Shown: in pieces, positions 42,250-52,348 of the stretch
Layout of the letters: each line of letters begins with the position of its first letter
Position numbering within the stretch: position 1 is the stretch's first letter
NCBI GenBank assembly: GCA_022799035.1
Contig: JAAWNQ010000009.1
Location: 289-64,288 of the forward strand
Origin: Oscillospiraceae bacterium
GTDB taxonomy: Bacteria; Bacillota; Clostridia; Oscillospirales; Oscillospiraceae
Direction: 5' to 3'
Length of the DNA: 64,000 bases
The notes under the pieces: model-generated
Databases searched by the model: none
What the model was told of the DNA's origin: nothing
The model's input: only the letters and a program-made list of their open reading frames with translations
Position numbers and translations under genes: made by a program

Positions 42250-42447
42250 TTACTTGTCCTCGGTGACCTGCAGGAGGTAACCGATGCTGGCGATCTTGCC
42301 CCGGGTAGCCTCGTTATCAGGCTGCACGGTGGTATCGCCGATCTTCCGAAGGCCCAGAGACTCGGCGGTGGCCTTGTGCTTACAAAGGCGGCCGTTCAGG
42401 CTCTTGACCAGCTTGATATTCAAGCTCGCAGTTTTTGCTTTCGCCAT
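42250..42447 (-). CDS. rpmD: 50S ribosomal protein L30
   Basis: IKLVKSL...ESLGLRKIG; position. Confidence 0.93.
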   Translation of the reverse strand: MAKAKTASLNIKLVKSLNGRLCKHKATAESLGLRKIGDTTVQPDNEATRGKIASIGYLLQVTEDK

Positions 42448-42461
42448 TTCTTCCGCCCTCC

Positions 42462-42962
42462 TTAACCGACGATCTCTTCCACGCTCTTGCCCCGGATGGC
42501 GGCCACCTCTTCAGGCGTCCGCAGGGCCTTCAGCCCCTCGAAGGTGGCGGAAACCACGTTCTGGGGGTTGTTGGAGCGCAGGCACTTGGCCCGGATGTCC
42601 CGGATACCGGCAGCCTCCATGACGGCACGCACCGGGCCGCCGGCGATGATACCGGTACCGGCGGGGGCGGGCTTCATCATGACCTTGCCGGCGCCGAACA
42701 CGCCGATGACCTCGTGGGGAATGGTGGTGCCGGAGACACTCACCTTGATCATGTGCTTCTTGGCATCCTCGATGCCCTTGCGAATGGCCTCGGGGACCTC
42801 GGCGGCCTTACCAGTGCCGAAGCCCACGTTCCCCTTCTCATCGCCCACCACCATCAGGGCGGCGAACTTCATCACACGACCGCCCTTGACGGTCTTGGAA
42901 ACCCGGTTCAGGGAAACGAGCTTCTCGCTGTACTCACTCTGCTCACGTTCAAACTTAGGCAT
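42462..42962 (-). CDS. rpsE: 30S ribosomal protein S5
   Basis: [18 protein letters not shown]. Confidence 0.99.
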   Translation of the reverse strand: MPKFEREQSEYSEKLVSLNRVSKTVKGGRVMKFAALMVVGDEKGNVGFGTGKAAEVPEAIRKGIEDAKKHMIKVSVSGTTIPHEVIGVFGAGKVMMKPAPAGTGIIAGGPVRAVMEAAGIRDIRAKCLRSNNPQNVVSATFEGLKALRTPEEVAAIRGKSVEEIVG

Positions 42963-42979
42963 TTCGTTTCCTCCTCCCG

Positions 42980-43339
42980 TTAAAATTCCAGGCCGCCCTC
43001 ACGGGCGCCTTCGGCCAGAGCCGCCACACGTCCGTGATAGACGTAGCCGCCCCGGTCAAACACTACGGTAGTGATGCCGGCGGCCTTGGCCCGCTCAGCC
43101 ACCATCTGGCCAACCTTCTTGGCGCCCTCCACATTGGAGCCGCGGCCGTCAAAGGCTTTTTCCAGGGAGGAAGCGGAGACCAGGGTCTTGCCCGCCACAT
43201 CGTCGATGATCTGGGCGTAGATGTTGGTCCCGCTGCGGAACACGTTCAGACGGGGTCTCTCGGGCGTGCCGGAGATCTTCCCGCGGACACGGCGATGCCG
43301 CTTCAAACGCTGGGCGTTGGTATCAGGTCTTTTGATCAT
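42980..43339 (-). CDS. rplR: 50S ribosomal protein L18
   Basis: [21 protein letters not shown]. Confidence 0.98.
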   Translation of the reverse strand: MIKRPDTNAQRLKRHRRVRGKISGTPERPRLNVFRSGTNIYAQIIDDVAGKTLVSASSLEKAFDGRGSNVEGAKKVGQMVAERAKAAGITTVVFDRGGYVYHGRVAALAEGAREGGLEF

Positions 43340-43353
43340 ATCAGCACACCTCC

Positions 43354-43902
43354 TTACTTCTTCTTGACGCCGGTCTTACCTTCCTTGCGGCGGATGACCT
43401 CGTCAGCGTATTTGATTCCCTTGCCCTTGTAAGGCTCGGGAGGTCTTTTCTCTCTCACTTCAGCGGCGAACTGGCCCACCTTCTGCTTGTCGGGACCATG
43501 GATGGTAATGTGGTTGGGATCGGGCACGTCGATGGTGATCCCCTCGATCTCCTCCATAATAACCTGATGGGAGAAGCCCAGGTTCATCACCAGCTTCTTG
43601 CCCTCCTTGGCCACACGGTAACCTACGCCGTTGACTTCCAGATCCTTCTTGAACTCCTCGGTGACGCCCACCACCATGTTGTGGAGCAGGGTCCGGGTCA
43701 GGCCGTGCAGGCTCCGGTTCTCCTTGGCGTCATCGGGCCGAGTCACGTGGAGCTCGGCACCCTCCTGGGTAATGGTCATGGCGGGGCTGAGCTGCTGGCT
43801 CAGGGTTCCCTTGGGACCCTTGACGGTAACAACGTTACCCGCCTCGATCTTCACGTCCACACCGGCGGGGACAGAGATCGGCATTCTACCAATTCTAGAC
43901 AT
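43354..43902 (-). CDS. rplF: 50S ribosomal protein L6
   Basis: [15 protein letters not shown]. Confidence 0.99.
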   Translation of the reverse strand: MSRIGRMPISVPAGVDVKIEAGNVVTVKGPKGTLSQQLSPAMTITQEGAELHVTRPDDAKENRSLHGLTRTLLHNMVVGVTEEFKKDLEVNGVGYRVAKEGKKLVMNLGFSHQVIMEEIEGITIDVPDPNHITIHGPDKQKVGQFAAEVREKRPPEPYKGKGIKYADEVIRRKEGKTGVKKK

Positions 43903-43917
43903 TCTCTATTCCCCTCC

Positions 43918-44319
43918 TTACCATACGAAGGCCAGCACTTCGCCGCCAACGTGGGCGGCCCGGGCGGCCTTGTCGGTCATAACGCCCTTGGAGGTGGACA
44001 CGATGGCGATGCCCAGGCCCTTGATGACCCGGGGCATCTCGTCGGCGCCGGCGTAGACCCGCAGACCGGGCTTACTCACCCGGCGCAGACCGGTGATGAC
44101 CTTCTCCTTATTGGGCTGGTTGTACTTCAAAGTGATGCGGATGACGCCCTGGGTGCCGTCGTCGATGAGCTGGTAATTCTTGATATACCCCTCATCCAGC
44201 AGGATCTGGGCGATGGACTTCTTCATGTTGGAAGCGGGAACGTCCACCGAATCATGCTTGGCATTGTTGGCGTTGCGGATACGGGTAAGCATATCCGCGA
44301 TGGGATCTGTAATGTGCAT
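43918..44319 (-). CDS. rpsH: 30S ribosomal protein S8
   Basis: [21 protein letters not shown]. Confidence 0.99.
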   Translation of the reverse strand: MHITDPIADMLTRIRNANNAKHDSVDVPASNMKKSIAQILLDEGYIKNYQLIDDGTQGVIRITLKYNQPNKEKVITGLRRVSKPGLRVYAGADEMPRVIKGLGIAIVSTSKGVMTDKAARAAHVGGEVLAFVW

Positions 44320-44360
44320 GCTTTTTTACCTCCTTATAGAGTTACAGGCAGAGCCTGTAT

Positions 44361-44410
44361 CAGCGGCAAGGTATCTGAGGTTAGGCAGCCCCAGACCTGT
44401 TAAACCGCTG
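44361..44410 (-). promoter_or_regulatory. Candidate uS8-binding operator hairpin (16S h21 mimic) upstream of rpsH
   Basis: mRNA CAGCGG..AGGUCUGGGG loop CCUCAGAUACCU..CCGCUG with bulged UA in GAUAC. Confidence 0.5.
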
Positions 44411-44449
44411 TCGGGCACTTTCAAATAACCGGGCAAAAGCCCCCTGGTT

Positions 44450-44635
44450 TTACCAGGAGGACTTTTTCACCCCGGGGATCTGACCCTTGTAAGCCAGCTC
44501 GCGGAAGCAGATACGGCAGATACCGTAGTCCCGCAGGTAGGCGTGAGGCCGGCCGCAGAGCTTGCAGCGGTTATAGCGGCGGCTGGAGAACTTGGGAGTC
44601 CTCTGCTGCTTGAGGATCATAGACTTCTTCGCCAT
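44450..44635 (-). CDS. rpsN: 30S ribosomal protein S14 (Zn-binding type)
   Basis: RCKLCGR...CRIC. Confidence 0.98.
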   Translation of the reverse strand: MAKKSMILKQQRTPKFSSRRYNRCKLCGRPHAYLRDYGICRICFRELAYKGQIPGVKKSSW

Positions 44636-44647
44636 GGTATTCCCTCC

Positions 44648-45331
44648 TTACGCCCGGTCGGCGAAGGGCGCGCCGATGAGCGTCAGCAGCTCCCGGGCCT
44701 CCTCGTCGGTGTTGGCGGTGGTGCAGAGCACAACGTCCATGCCCCGGATCTTGTCGATCTTGTCGTACTCGATCTCGGGGAAGATCAGCTGCTCCTTGAT
44801 ACCCAGAGCGTAGTTGCCCCGGCCGTCGAAGGAGTTGGGGTTGATGCCCCGGAAGTCACGGACGCGGGGCAGGGCCACGTTGAACAGACGGTCCAAAAAC
44901 TCCCACATCCGGTCGCCCCGGAGGGTGACCTTGGCGCCGATGGGCATCTCCTCACGGAGCTTGAAGTTAGCCACGGACTTCTTGGCCTTGGTGATGATGG
45001 CCTTCTGGCCGGTGATCTTGGTCAGATCCCCCACCACAGCCTCCAGCACCTTGGAGTTCTCCCGAGCCTCACCGCAGCCGCAGTTGACCACGATCTTGTC
45101 CAGCTTGGGAAGCTGCATCACGGACTTGTAGCCGAACTTCTGCATCAGAGCAGGAGCGACTTCCTTCTGATACTTGGCCTTCAGGTTGGGGACGTACTTG
45201 CCGTCGTCAGCTTTGGCAGCCTTCTTCTCGGCCTTGGGGGCCTTCTCAGCCTTGGGGGCGGCAGCCTTCTTGGTCTTGGTCTCTTTGACCTCGGCCTCAG
45301 CCATCACCTCGGGCTCTTTCTTCTCAGCCAT
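44648..45331 (-). CDS. rplE: 50S ribosomal protein L5 with N-terminal K/A/E-rich extension
   Basis: [15 protein letters not shown]; RBS GAGGAG at 45331 start. Confidence 0.97.
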   Translation of the reverse strand: MAEKKEPEVMAEAEVKETKTKKAAAPKAEKAPKAEKKAAKADDGKYVPNLKAKYQKEVAPALMQKFGYKSVMQLPKLDKIVVNCGCGEARENSKVLEAVVGDLTKITGQKAIITKAKKSVANFKLREEMPIGAKVTLRGDRMWEFLDRLFNVALPRVRDFRGINPNSFDGRGNYALGIKEQLIFPEIEYDKIDKIRGMDVVLCTTANTDEEARELLTLIGAPFADRA

Positions 45332-45348
45332 TGGTTTCTCCTCCTCTC

Positions 45349-45666
45349 TCAGATTTCAGCGCCGCACTTCTTGCAGACGCGGACCCGCTTGCCGTCCTTC
45401 CCGACCTTGCTGGCGGGACGGGTGGGCTTGTTGCACTTGGGGCACACCCGCATGACCTTGCAGGCGTAGATGGGGGCTTCCTTCTTGATGATGCCGCCCT
45501 GCTCGCCCTGCTGGCGGGGCTTGGTGTGGCGGGAGACCACGTTGACCTTCTCCACCACCACTTTCCGGCTCTCGGGCATGGCCTCCAGAACGGTGCCCTG
45601 CTTGCCCTTATCCTTGCCGGAGAGAACGACCACAGTGTCGCCCTTCTTAACGCTCATAGTGTTCAT
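45349..45666 (-). CDS. rplX: 50S ribosomal protein L24
   Basis: [16 protein letters not shown]. Confidence 0.98.
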   Translation of the reverse strand: MNTMSVKKGDTVVVLSGKDKGKQGTVLEAMPESRKVVVEKVNVVSRHTKPRQQGEQGGIIKKEAPIYACKVMRVCPKCNKPTRPASKVGKDGKRVRVCKKCGAEI

Positions 45667-45683
45667 ATTCTTCTCCTACCCCC

Positions 45684-46052
45684 TTACAGCACTTCGGGAG
45701 CCAGCGAGAGGATCTTCATGTAATCCTTGTCGCGCAGCTCGCGGGCCACCGGCCCAAAGATACGGGTGCCTTTGGGGTTTCTGTCGTCCTTGATGAGGAC
45801 GGCGGCGTTCTCGTCAAAGCGGACGTAGCTGCCGTCGGGACGGTGGATGCCCTTGGCGGTACGGACGATGACGGCCTTGACCACCTCGCCCTTCTTCACC
45901 GTGCCGCCGGGTTGCGCCTTCCGCACGGAGGCCACCACCACATCGCCGATGTTGGCGAACTTCCGCTTGGAGCCGCCCAGGGGACGGATGACCTTGATCT
46001 CTTTGGCGCCGGTATTATCGGCGACTTTCAGATAGCTTTCCTGCTGAATCAT
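45684..46052 (-). CDS. rplN: 50S ribosomal protein L14
   Basis: [16 protein letters not shown]. Confidence 0.99.
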   Translation of the reverse strand: MIQQESYLKVADNTGAKEIKVIRPLGGSKRKFANIGDVVVASVRKAQPGGTVKKGEVVKAVIVRTAKGIHRPDGSYVRFDENAAVLIKDDRNPKGTRIFGPVARELRDKDYMKILSLAPEVL

Positions 46053-46064
46053 ACCAGCACCTCC

Positions 46065-46325
46065 TTATTTCGCTTTTTCAATGATCTCGACCACGCGCCA
46101 GCGCTTATCCTTGCTCAGGGGGCGGGTCTCCATCACGCGGACGCGGTCGCCCACGCCACACTCGTTCTTCTCGTCATGGGCCTTGAGCTTGTAGGTCCGC
46201 TTGACGATCTTCTTGTACAGGGGGTGGGCCACACGGTCGGCGATGGCCACAACCACGGTCTTGTCCATCTTATCGGAAACCACCAGGCCGACTCTGGTCT
46301 TGCGGGAAGAAGTTCTGTTTTCCAT
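46065..46325 (-). CDS. rpsQ: 30S ribosomal protein S17
   Basis: [20 protein letters not shown]. Confidence 0.98.
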   Translation of the reverse strand: MENRTSSRKTRVGLVVSDKMDKTVVVAIADRVAHPLYKKIVKRTYKLKAHDEKNECGVGDRVRVMETRPLSKDKRWRVVEIIEKAK

Positions 46326-46338
46326 TTCCTACTCCTCC

Positions 46339-46536
46339 TTATCGGCCGGCGAGCTCTTGCTCGCGGATGATGGTCTTGACCCGGGCGATGTCCCGCTTGA
46401 CCTGGGCGATCTTCACCGGGTTCTCCAACTGGTTGGTGGCGTGCTGAAGGCGGAGGTTGAACAGATCCTTCTTCAGCTCACCCAGCTTCGCCTCCAGCTC
46501 GGAGACGGACATCTTGCGAACTTCATTGGCCTTCAT
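46339..46536 (-). CDS. rpmC: 50S ribosomal protein L29
   Basis: LFNLRLQHATNQLEN..IARVKT. Confidence 0.98.
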   Translation of the reverse strand: MKANEVRKMSVSELEAKLGELKKDLFNLRLQHATNQLENPVKIAQVKRDIARVKTIIREQELAGR

Positions 46537-46967
46537 TACGCTTCACCACCCTTCTGCGGCTCTTCGCGCTTGATGATCTTGCACTTGACCGGCAGCTTGT
46601 GGCTGGCAAGGCGCAGGGCCTCCTTGGCCACATCCTCGGCCACGCCGGCGATCTCAAACATGACCTTGTCGGGCTTCACCACGGCCACCCAGTGGTCGGG
46701 GGCGCCCTTACCGGAACCCATACGGGTACCCAGGGCCTTGCTGGTCACGGGCTTATCGGGGAAGATCTTGATCCAGACCTTACCGCCACGCTTGGTGTGA
46801 CGGGTCATGGCGATACGGGCAGCCTCGATCTGGTTGGAGGTGATCCAGGCCGGCTCGGTGGTGGCAAGGCCCCACTCGCCGTAAGCCACGGTATTACCCC
46901 GGGTGGCCCGGCCGGTCATACGGCCCCGGTGGACCCGGCGGTATTTAACTCTCTTGGGCATCAGCAT
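46536..46967 (-). CDS. rplP: 50S ribosomal protein L16
   Basis: [16 protein letters not shown]. Confidence 0.99.
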   Translation of the reverse strand: MLMPKRVKYRRVHRGRMTGRATRGNTVAYGEWGLATTEPAWITSNQIEAARIAMTRHTKRGGKVWIKIFPDKPVTSKALGTRMGSGKGAPDHWVAVVKPDKVMFEIAGVAEDVAKEALRLASHKLPVKCKIIKREEPQKGGEA

Positions 46968-46969
46968 GG

Positions 46970-47848
46970 TTACTCTTGCCCTCCTTCCTGAATCTCAGGA
47001 GCGGCGGCCTCCACAGGAGCGGCGGCCTCTACCGGCTTGGGGGCCGGACGGCTCTGGACGCGGTTATAGCTGGGGCCGCTGGGACGGCGGTCGCCGTCGC
47101 GGCGGGGGCCGCCCCGGCGGTCGTCCCGGCGGTCGCCGTCACGGCGATCCCGGCGGGGACGCTCAGGACGCTCCTTGAAGTTCTTGGTGTCCAGCGTACG
47201 GGGGGTGGTCCGCAGGGTCTGGGTCAGGACCTCGCCCTTGTAGATCCACACCTTCACGCCGATACGGCCATAGGTGGTAGCGGCCTCGGTAAAGCCGTAC
47301 TCCACATCGGCCCGCAGGGTCTGCAGGGGGATGGTACCGTCGTGGTAGTGCTCCACACCGGCGATCTCACGCCCGCCCAGACGGCCGGAGCAGGAAATCT
47401 TGATACCCAGGGCGCCGGCCCGCATGGCCCGGCCCATGGCGTTCTTCATGGCCCGGCGGTGGGCGATACGGCCCTCCAGCTGCTGGGCGATGTTCTCGGC
47501 CACCAGCTGGGCGTTGGTATCCATGCTCTTCACCTCAACAATGTTGAGGGCCACGCTCTTACCGATCATCTTCTCCACCTGGGCGCGGAGCCGCTCGATC
47601 TCGGCGCCGCCCTTGCCAATGACCACACCGGGCTTGGCGCAGTGGAGGTAGATCCGCACCTTGGCGTTGTCGCGCTCGATCTCGATCTTGGGAACGCCGG
47701 CGGAATACAGGGTCTTCTTCAGGTACTCCCGGATCTTGTGATCCTCCACCAGCAGGTCGCCCACCAGCTCGTTCTTAGCGTACCAGCGGGAGTCCCAGTC
47801 CTTGATGATGCCTACCCGGAGGCCATGAGGATTGACTTTCTGTCCCAT
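46970..47848 (-). CDS. rpsC: 30S ribosomal protein S3 with long R/D/G- and A/P-rich C-terminal tail
   Basis: [31 protein letters not shown]. Confidence 0.98.
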   Translation of the reverse strand: MGQKVNPHGLRVGIIKDWDSRWYAKNELVGDLLVEDHKIREYLKKTLYSAGVPKIEIERDNAKVRIYLHCAKPGVVIGKGGAEIERLRAQVEKMIGKSVALNIVEVKSMDTNAQLVAENIAQQLEGRIAHRRAMKNAMGRAMRAGALGIKISCSGRLGGREIAGVEHYHDGTIPLQTLRADVEYGFTEAATTYGRIGVKVWIYKGEVLTQTLRTTPRTLDTKNFKERPERPRRDRRDGDRRDDRRGGPRRDGDRRPSGPSYNRVQSRPAPKPVEAAAPVEAAAPEIQEGGQE

Positions 47849-47849
47849 A

Positions 47850-48191
47850 TTACTTGGCCTCCTTTTCCGCTACCGCGACAGTGATGTGGGAAGTGCGCTT
47901 GTTGATCCGGAAGGCCCGGCCCTGGGCACGGGGGCGGATCCGCTTAATGATGGGGCCCGGAGTGGCGAAGGTGGTGGACACATACAGCTTCTCGGGATCC
48001 ATCTGGTGATTGTTCTCCGCGTTGGCGGCCGCGCTCTTGAGCAGCTTCAGCAGCAGCTCGCTGGCAGCCTTGGGAGTGGTCATGAGGATGGCGGTGGCCT
48101 GGGCCACGCTCTTGCCCCGGATCAGGTCGCAGACAATGCCGACCTTGCGGGGGGAGATACGGGCGTATCTCAAAGTTGCTTTCGCTTCCAT
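47850..48191 (-). CDS. rplV: 50S ribosomal protein L22
   Basis: [19 protein letters not shown]. Confidence 0.98.
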   Translation of the reverse strand: MEAKATLRYARISPRKVGIVCDLIRGKSVAQATAILMTTPKAASELLLKLLKSAAANAENNHQMDPEKLYVSTTFATPGPIIKRIRPRAQGRAFRINKRTSHITVAVAEKEAK

Positions 48192-48208
48192 ATCTTCTCT
48201 CCTCCCTA

Positions 48209-48478
48209 TTAACCGGTCTTGCTGCCCGAGTGGCCCTTGAAGGTCCGGGTGGGGGCGAACTCGCCCAGCTTGTGACCCACCATATCCTCGGTGACGTAGA
48301 CAGGCACGTGCTTCCGGCCGTCATGGACGGCAAAGGTATGACCCACGAAGGAGGGGAAGATGGTGGAGGCGCGGCTCCAGGTCTTCAGGACCTTCTTCTC
48401 GTTCTTCTGGTTCATCTCGTCAACCCGCTTCAGCAGCTCAGGAGCGCAAAACGGGCCCTTCTTAATGCTTCTGGACAT
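48209..48478 (-). CDS. rpsS: 30S ribosomal protein S19
   Basis: [13 protein letters not shown]. Confidence 0.99.
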   Translation of the reverse strand: MSRSIKKGPFCAPELLKRVDEMNQKNEKKVLKTWSRASTIFPSFVGHTFAVHDGRKHVPVYVTEDMVGHKLGEFAPTRTFKGHSGSKTG

Positions 48479-48493
48479 ATTTTACTCTCCTCC

Positions 48494-49327
48494 TTACTTC
48501 GCGTTGCGGTGCTTGACGATGAACTTCTCAGTGCGGTTCTTGCCCTTCCGGGTCTTGTAACCCATGGCGGGCTTGCCCCAGGGGGTCACAGGGCCGGGAC
48601 GGCCAACCGGGCTCTTGCCCTCGCCGCCGCCGTGGGGGTGGTCGTTGGGGTTCATGACAGAGCCACGAACCGTGGGCCGCCAACCCATGTGGCGCTTCCG
48701 GCCGGCCTTACCGATCTGGATGTTCTCGTGATCGGTGTTGCCCACCTGGCCGATGGTGGCCATGCAGTCCAGGCGGATGTAGCGCATCTCGCCGGAGGGC
48801 AGACGAACCTGGGCCATGCCGTTCTCCTTGGCCATCAGCTGAGCCGCCACACCGGCGGACCGGACCAGCTGGCCGCCCTTGCCAGGGTAGAGCTCGATGT
48901 TGTGGATCATGGTGCCCACAGGGATGTTGCTGATGGGCAGAGCGTTGCCGGGGAGAATGTCGGCGTCGGGGCCGGTCATGATGATGTGGCCGGCCTTCAG
49001 GCCCACAGGAGCCAGGATATACCGGCGCTCCCCGTCCTCGTACTCGATGAGGGCGATGTTGGCGGAGCGGTTGGGATCGTACTGCAGGTTGATCACCTTG
49101 GCAGTGCCGTTCTTGTCCCGCTTGAAGTCCACCACACGGTACTTCTTCTTGTTGCCGCCGCCGCGGTGGCGGACGGTGATCCGGCCATAGCTGTTGCGGC
49201 CGGCGTTCTTCTTCAGGTTCTCCAGCAGAGAACGCTCGGGCTTGGCCTTTTTGTCGATCCCGTCGAAGGCGGACACGGTCATGTGGCGCCGGGAGGGAGT
49301 CGTCGGTTTAAAAGTCTTAATTGCCAT
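48494..49327 (-). CDS. rplB: 50S ribosomal protein L2
   Basis: [20 protein letters not shown]. Confidence 0.99.
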   Translation of the reverse strand: MAIKTFKPTTPSRRHMTVSAFDGIDKKAKPERSLLENLKKNAGRNSYGRITVRHRGGGNKKKYRVVDFKRDKNGTAKVINLQYDPNRSANIALIEYEDGERRYILAPVGLKAGHIIMTGPDADILPGNALPISNIPVGTMIHNIELYPGKGGQLVRSAGVAAQLMAKENGMAQVRLPSGEMRYIRLDCMATIGQVGNTDHENIQIGKAGRKRHMGWRPTVRGSVMNPNDHPHGGGEGKSPVGRPGPVTPWGKPAMGYKTRKGKNRTEKFIVKHRNAK

Positions 49328-49340
49328 TTTTCTCTCCTCC

Positions 49341-49637
49341 TTACACCATGCCCTCGAAGAACTCGATGGTCTTGGAGTCCTCCGTCAGGGTGATCATGGC
49401 CTTTTTCCAGGAAGGACGGCGTCCCTTGGGGTAAGCCCCGGTCCGCTTCTCCTTGCCCTGCATGTTCAGGGTGTTGACCTTAGCCACCTTCACCCCGAAG
49501 ATCTCCTCGATGGCCTTGGCGATCTGGATCTTATTGGCGTCCTTGGCCACCTCGAAGGTGTACTTCTTGTTCTCGGTCTCGCTCATGGACTGCTCGGTGA
49601 TGATGGGGCGCTTGATGATATCGTAAGCGGTAGCCAT
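49341..49637 (-). CDS. rplW: 50S ribosomal protein L23
   Basis: [19 protein letters not shown]. Confidence 0.98.
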   Translation of the reverse strand: MATAYDIIKRPIITEQSMSETENKKYTFEVAKDANKIQIAKAIEEIFGVKVAKVNTLNMQGKEKRTGAYPKGRRPSWKKAMITLTEDSKTIEFFEGMV

Positions 49638-50251
49638 TACGCGAACACCTCCTCGATAACGGCCAGAGCGGCCTTGTCCACGATGAACTCGTTGGCGTTC
49701 AGGATGTCGTAGACGTTGATGAGATTGGCGGGGGAGGTCACGACCCCGGGAATGTTCCGGGCGGACTTCACCACGTTGGGGCAGCTGGTGACCACCAGAG
49801 CCTTCTTGGAGTCCACCGCGTTGAGGAACTGCTGGAAGGTCTTGGTCTTGATCTCGTCCATCCCCAGACCGTCCACCACCAGCACCTTGCCCTCAGCCGC
49901 CTTGGCGGAGAGAGCGGACTTCAGCGCCAGCCGACGGACCTTCTTGTTCAGGGTGTAGCGGTAAGAGCGGGGCTTGGGGGCGAACACGATTCCGCCGTGG
50001 GTCCACTGGGGAGCCCGGGTGGAACCCTGACGGGCCCGGCCGGTGCCCTTCTGGCGCCAGGGCTTTCTGCCGCCGCCGGAGACTTCAGCCCGGGTCAGGG
50101 CGCTCTGAGTGCCCTGCCGGCAGTTGGCCAGGTGGTTCTTCACCACGTCATGCATCACGCTGACGTTGGGCTCGATCCCGAAAATGGCCTCGGAAAGCTC
50201 TACGCTGCTCTTCTTCTTTCCGGCCATATCATACACGTTAGCCTTAGGCAT
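49637..50251 (-). CDS. rplD: 50S ribosomal protein L4
   Basis: KPWRQKGTGRARQG. Confidence 0.99.
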   Translation of the reverse strand: MPKANVYDMAGKKKSSVELSEAIFGIEPNVSVMHDVVKNHLANCRQGTQSALTRAEVSGGGRKPWRQKGTGRARQGSTRAPQWTHGGIVFAPKPRSYRYTLNKKVRRLALKSALSAKAAEGKVLVVDGLGMDEIKTKTFQQFLNAVDSKKALVVTSCPNVVKSARNIPGVVTSPANLINVYDILNANEFIVDKAALAVIEEVFA

Positions 50252-50270
50252 TTCTTACTCTCTCCTTTCC

Positions 50271-50996
50271 TTAAGCGTTGCGGGCGGAAGCCTTCTGGGG
50301 ATTCCGTCCGGAGGCCTTCTGCGGGTTCTTGGAGATACCGGCGTCGGCGCCCTTCTCCTTGACGTTGATCACGCTGTTGCGCAGGAACACCACCCCGCCC
50401 TTAGGGCCGGGAATGGCGCCCCGCACGGCGATGAGGTTCAGCTCCTCGTCCACCTTGATCACGTCCAGGTTCAGCACGGTGACCTGCTCGGCGCCCATGT
50501 GGCCCGCGCCGTCCCGGCCCTTGAAGATCCGGCTGGGATCGGTGCCCGAGCCCAGGGAGCCCTGGTGACGGTGGACAGGGCCGCCGCCGTGGGTGTTGCG
50601 CTTGACCGCGGCGCCGTGGCGCTTGACAACACCCTGGAACCCGTGGCCCTTGCTGACGCCGGTGACGTCCACCCGGTCGCCCTCGGCGAACACGGTGCAG
50701 TTCACCGTGTCGCCCACGTTCAGGCTGTCGGTATCCTTCAGCTTGAACTCCTTGAGTACCTTCTTCAGTACGCCCTCGCCGGCCTTCTTCAGGTGGCCCA
50801 GCTCAGGCTTGGTGAGCTTGCGCTCAGCCACGTCCTGGTAACCCAGCTGGATGGCGTTGTAGCCGTCCTTCTCCTCGGTCTTCTTCTGCACCACAGTGCA
50901 GGGGCCCGCCTCAATGACGGTGACCGGGATCACGCGGCCCGCTTCGTCGAAGATCTGCGTCATGCCGACCTTCTTGCCGATAATGGCCTTTTCCAT
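50271..50996 (-). CDS. rplC: 50S ribosomal protein L3
   Basis: [18 protein letters not shown]. Confidence 0.99.
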   Translation of the reverse strand: MEKAIIGKKVGMTQIFDEAGRVIPVTVIEAGPCTVVQKKTEEKDGYNAIQLGYQDVAERKLTKPELGHLKKAGEGVLKKVLKEFKLKDTDSLNVGDTVNCTVFAEGDRVDVTGVSKGHGFQGVVKRHGAAVKRNTHGGGPVHRHQGSLGSGTDPSRIFKGRDGAGHMGAEQVTVLNLDVIKVDEELNLIAVRGAIPGPKGGVVFLRNSVINVKEKGADAGISKNPQKASGRNPQKASARNA

Positions 50997-51187
50997 GTGT
51001 CTGCTTCCTCCTTATTTTAAGGTTATTGGTTGAGAGAGTTATCCACAACCGGGATATTGCTCTGTCAACATGACCCGTCTGCCTCAATAGGCGGCAGACC
51101 GCGGTACAACAAATTTATGCCCTCAAAGAGGGTCTGCGTGGGGCTCGACGACTCGGCAGGCCCTCTCCCCTAACTCCAGGGGGGCTG

Positions 51188-51368
51188 TCAGGCTCCGCAA
51201 TGACCTGGTCGCTTCGGGATCTAACTCCTCCGCCGCACTCCTGTTAGTCGTGCGGTTCCCTTCGGCATCGGCTTCGCCGAACTCCGCAAAATCTCTCCGC
51301 GGCCTTCAGCCGCTCCAAGATTTCACTCCGCTTCGTCGTTAGCCCCTCAGCAGGCCATCGCTCCGCCC
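51188..51368. repeat. Nested-hairpin repeat element, copy A (rpsJ-rplC spacer)
   Basis: Shares the exact 23-mer cgcttcgggatctaactcctccg (51210-51232) and a gtcgttag..ccctc arm with copy B. Confidence 0.7.
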
Positions 51369-51371
51369 TTC

Positions 51372-51686
51372 TTACAGCTTGATCTCAATATCCACACCAG
51401 CGGGCAGTTCCAGGCTCATCAGGGCCTCCACGGTCTTGGGGGAGGGCTTGATGACGTCGATGAGCCGCTTGTGGGTGCGGCGCTCGAACTGCTCCCGGGA
51501 ATCCTTGTACTTGTGCACGGCCCGAAGGATGGTGACGACCTCCTTCTTGGTGGGCAGGGGGATGGGGCCGGAGACGGTAGCGCCGGTGCGCTTGGCGGTC
51601 TCCACGATCTTCTCCGCCGACTGGTCGATGAGCTGGTGATCGTAAGCCTTCAGGCGAATACGGATCATTTCTTTCTGAGCTGCCAT
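51372..51686 (-). CDS. rpsJ: 30S ribosomal protein S10
   Basis: [17 protein letters not shown]; ATG 51686 after AAGGAGG. Confidence 0.99.
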   Translation of the reverse strand: MAAQKEMIRIRLKAYDHQLIDQSAEKIVETAKRTGATVSGPIPLPTKKEVVTILRAVHKYKDSREQFERRTHKRLIDVIKPSPKTVEALMSLELPAGVDIEIKL

Positions 51687-51704
51687 GTGTTGTTCCTCCT
51701 TAAT

Positions 51705-51885
51705 AATACGAAGTGCTTGGTTTGTACTGGCTGCCACGCTTCGCAACGGTCTGACCGCTTCGGGATCTAACTCCTCCGACTTCGCAAAAAGCTCTGTGCG
51801 GCTTTGCCGCCCGCCGCTTTTCGCTCCGCTCCGTCGTTAGTCCCTCGACAGACCCTTGCTCCGCGCTTCGTGTCACGCTTCGTAT
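51705..51885. repeat. Nested-hairpin repeat element, copy B (rpsJ 5' leader)
   Basis: 23-mer at 51756-51778; successive stems tacgaag/cttcgta, gcaa/ttgc, ggtctg/cagacc, ctaac/gttag, aaaagc/gctttt. Confidence 0.7.
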
Positions 51886-51930
51886 CGGTGAGATTTCCTA
51901 TCCACGTTTTCGTGCGTATCACTCCACGAC

Positions 51931-51963
51931 AGAAAGAAAACCGGCGCAAAAGCTGGCCGGTTT
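51931..51963 (-). terminator. Candidate attenuator in S10 leader
   Basis: AAACCGGC/GCCGGUUU stem followed by UCUUUCU on minus strand. Confidence 0.5.
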
Positions 51964-52009
51964 GCTCCCCGCAAGGCGATATACGCCGTGGCAAGGACTT
52001 CTCAGCCGC

Positions 52010-52075
52010 CCGATCAACGGACATACTCCGCGGAAGTTACCTCATTTCTGAGCAATCTCCCGCATCATCGCATAG
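52010..52075 (-). ncRNA. Candidate S10 ribosomal leader element
   Basis: GCGAUGAUGCGGGAGAUUGC...UUCCGCGGAGUAUGUCC just after the promoter, resembling my recollection of Firmicute rpsJ leaders; not searched against Rfam. Confidence 0.5.
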
Positions 52076-52100
52076 TGCGCCCCTAAACAGGCGCTTGATT

Positions 52101-52129
52101 ATGATACTACAAACTCCCCCGGTAGTCAA
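52101..52129 (-). promoter_or_regulatory. S10 operon SigA promoter
   Basis: TTGACT (52129-52124) - 17 nt - TATCAT (52106-52101), AT-rich upstream tract. Confidence 0.75.
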
Positions 52130-52348
52130 TAGGAAATTTCAAATTTTACGAAGAAATTTTCAAGGAATCTCCGATTCTTTCTCCCCTTTTCTTCCGGGGA
52201 ACACTTTCCCGACAAAAACTCCGGGTCAGAGCCACAGCCCCGCCCGGAATTTTTGTGAATGTTTTTTGTTTTGCCGCGCGGAATCCCTCCGCTTTTAAGG
52301 GGACCTTTCTCCCGTAGGGGCGCACACTGTGCGCCCGCGCCGTTTTTC

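Noticed and set aside
45190-47230. Short tandem DNA repeats in rplE/rpsC as CRISPR or VNTR
   Set aside because: In-frame coding low-complexity repeats with no spacer structure.
51188-51885. tRNA, tmRNA or self-splicing intron in the rpsJ-flanking hairpins
   Set aside because: No cloverleaf, T-loop/CCA, or group I/II core motifs visible.
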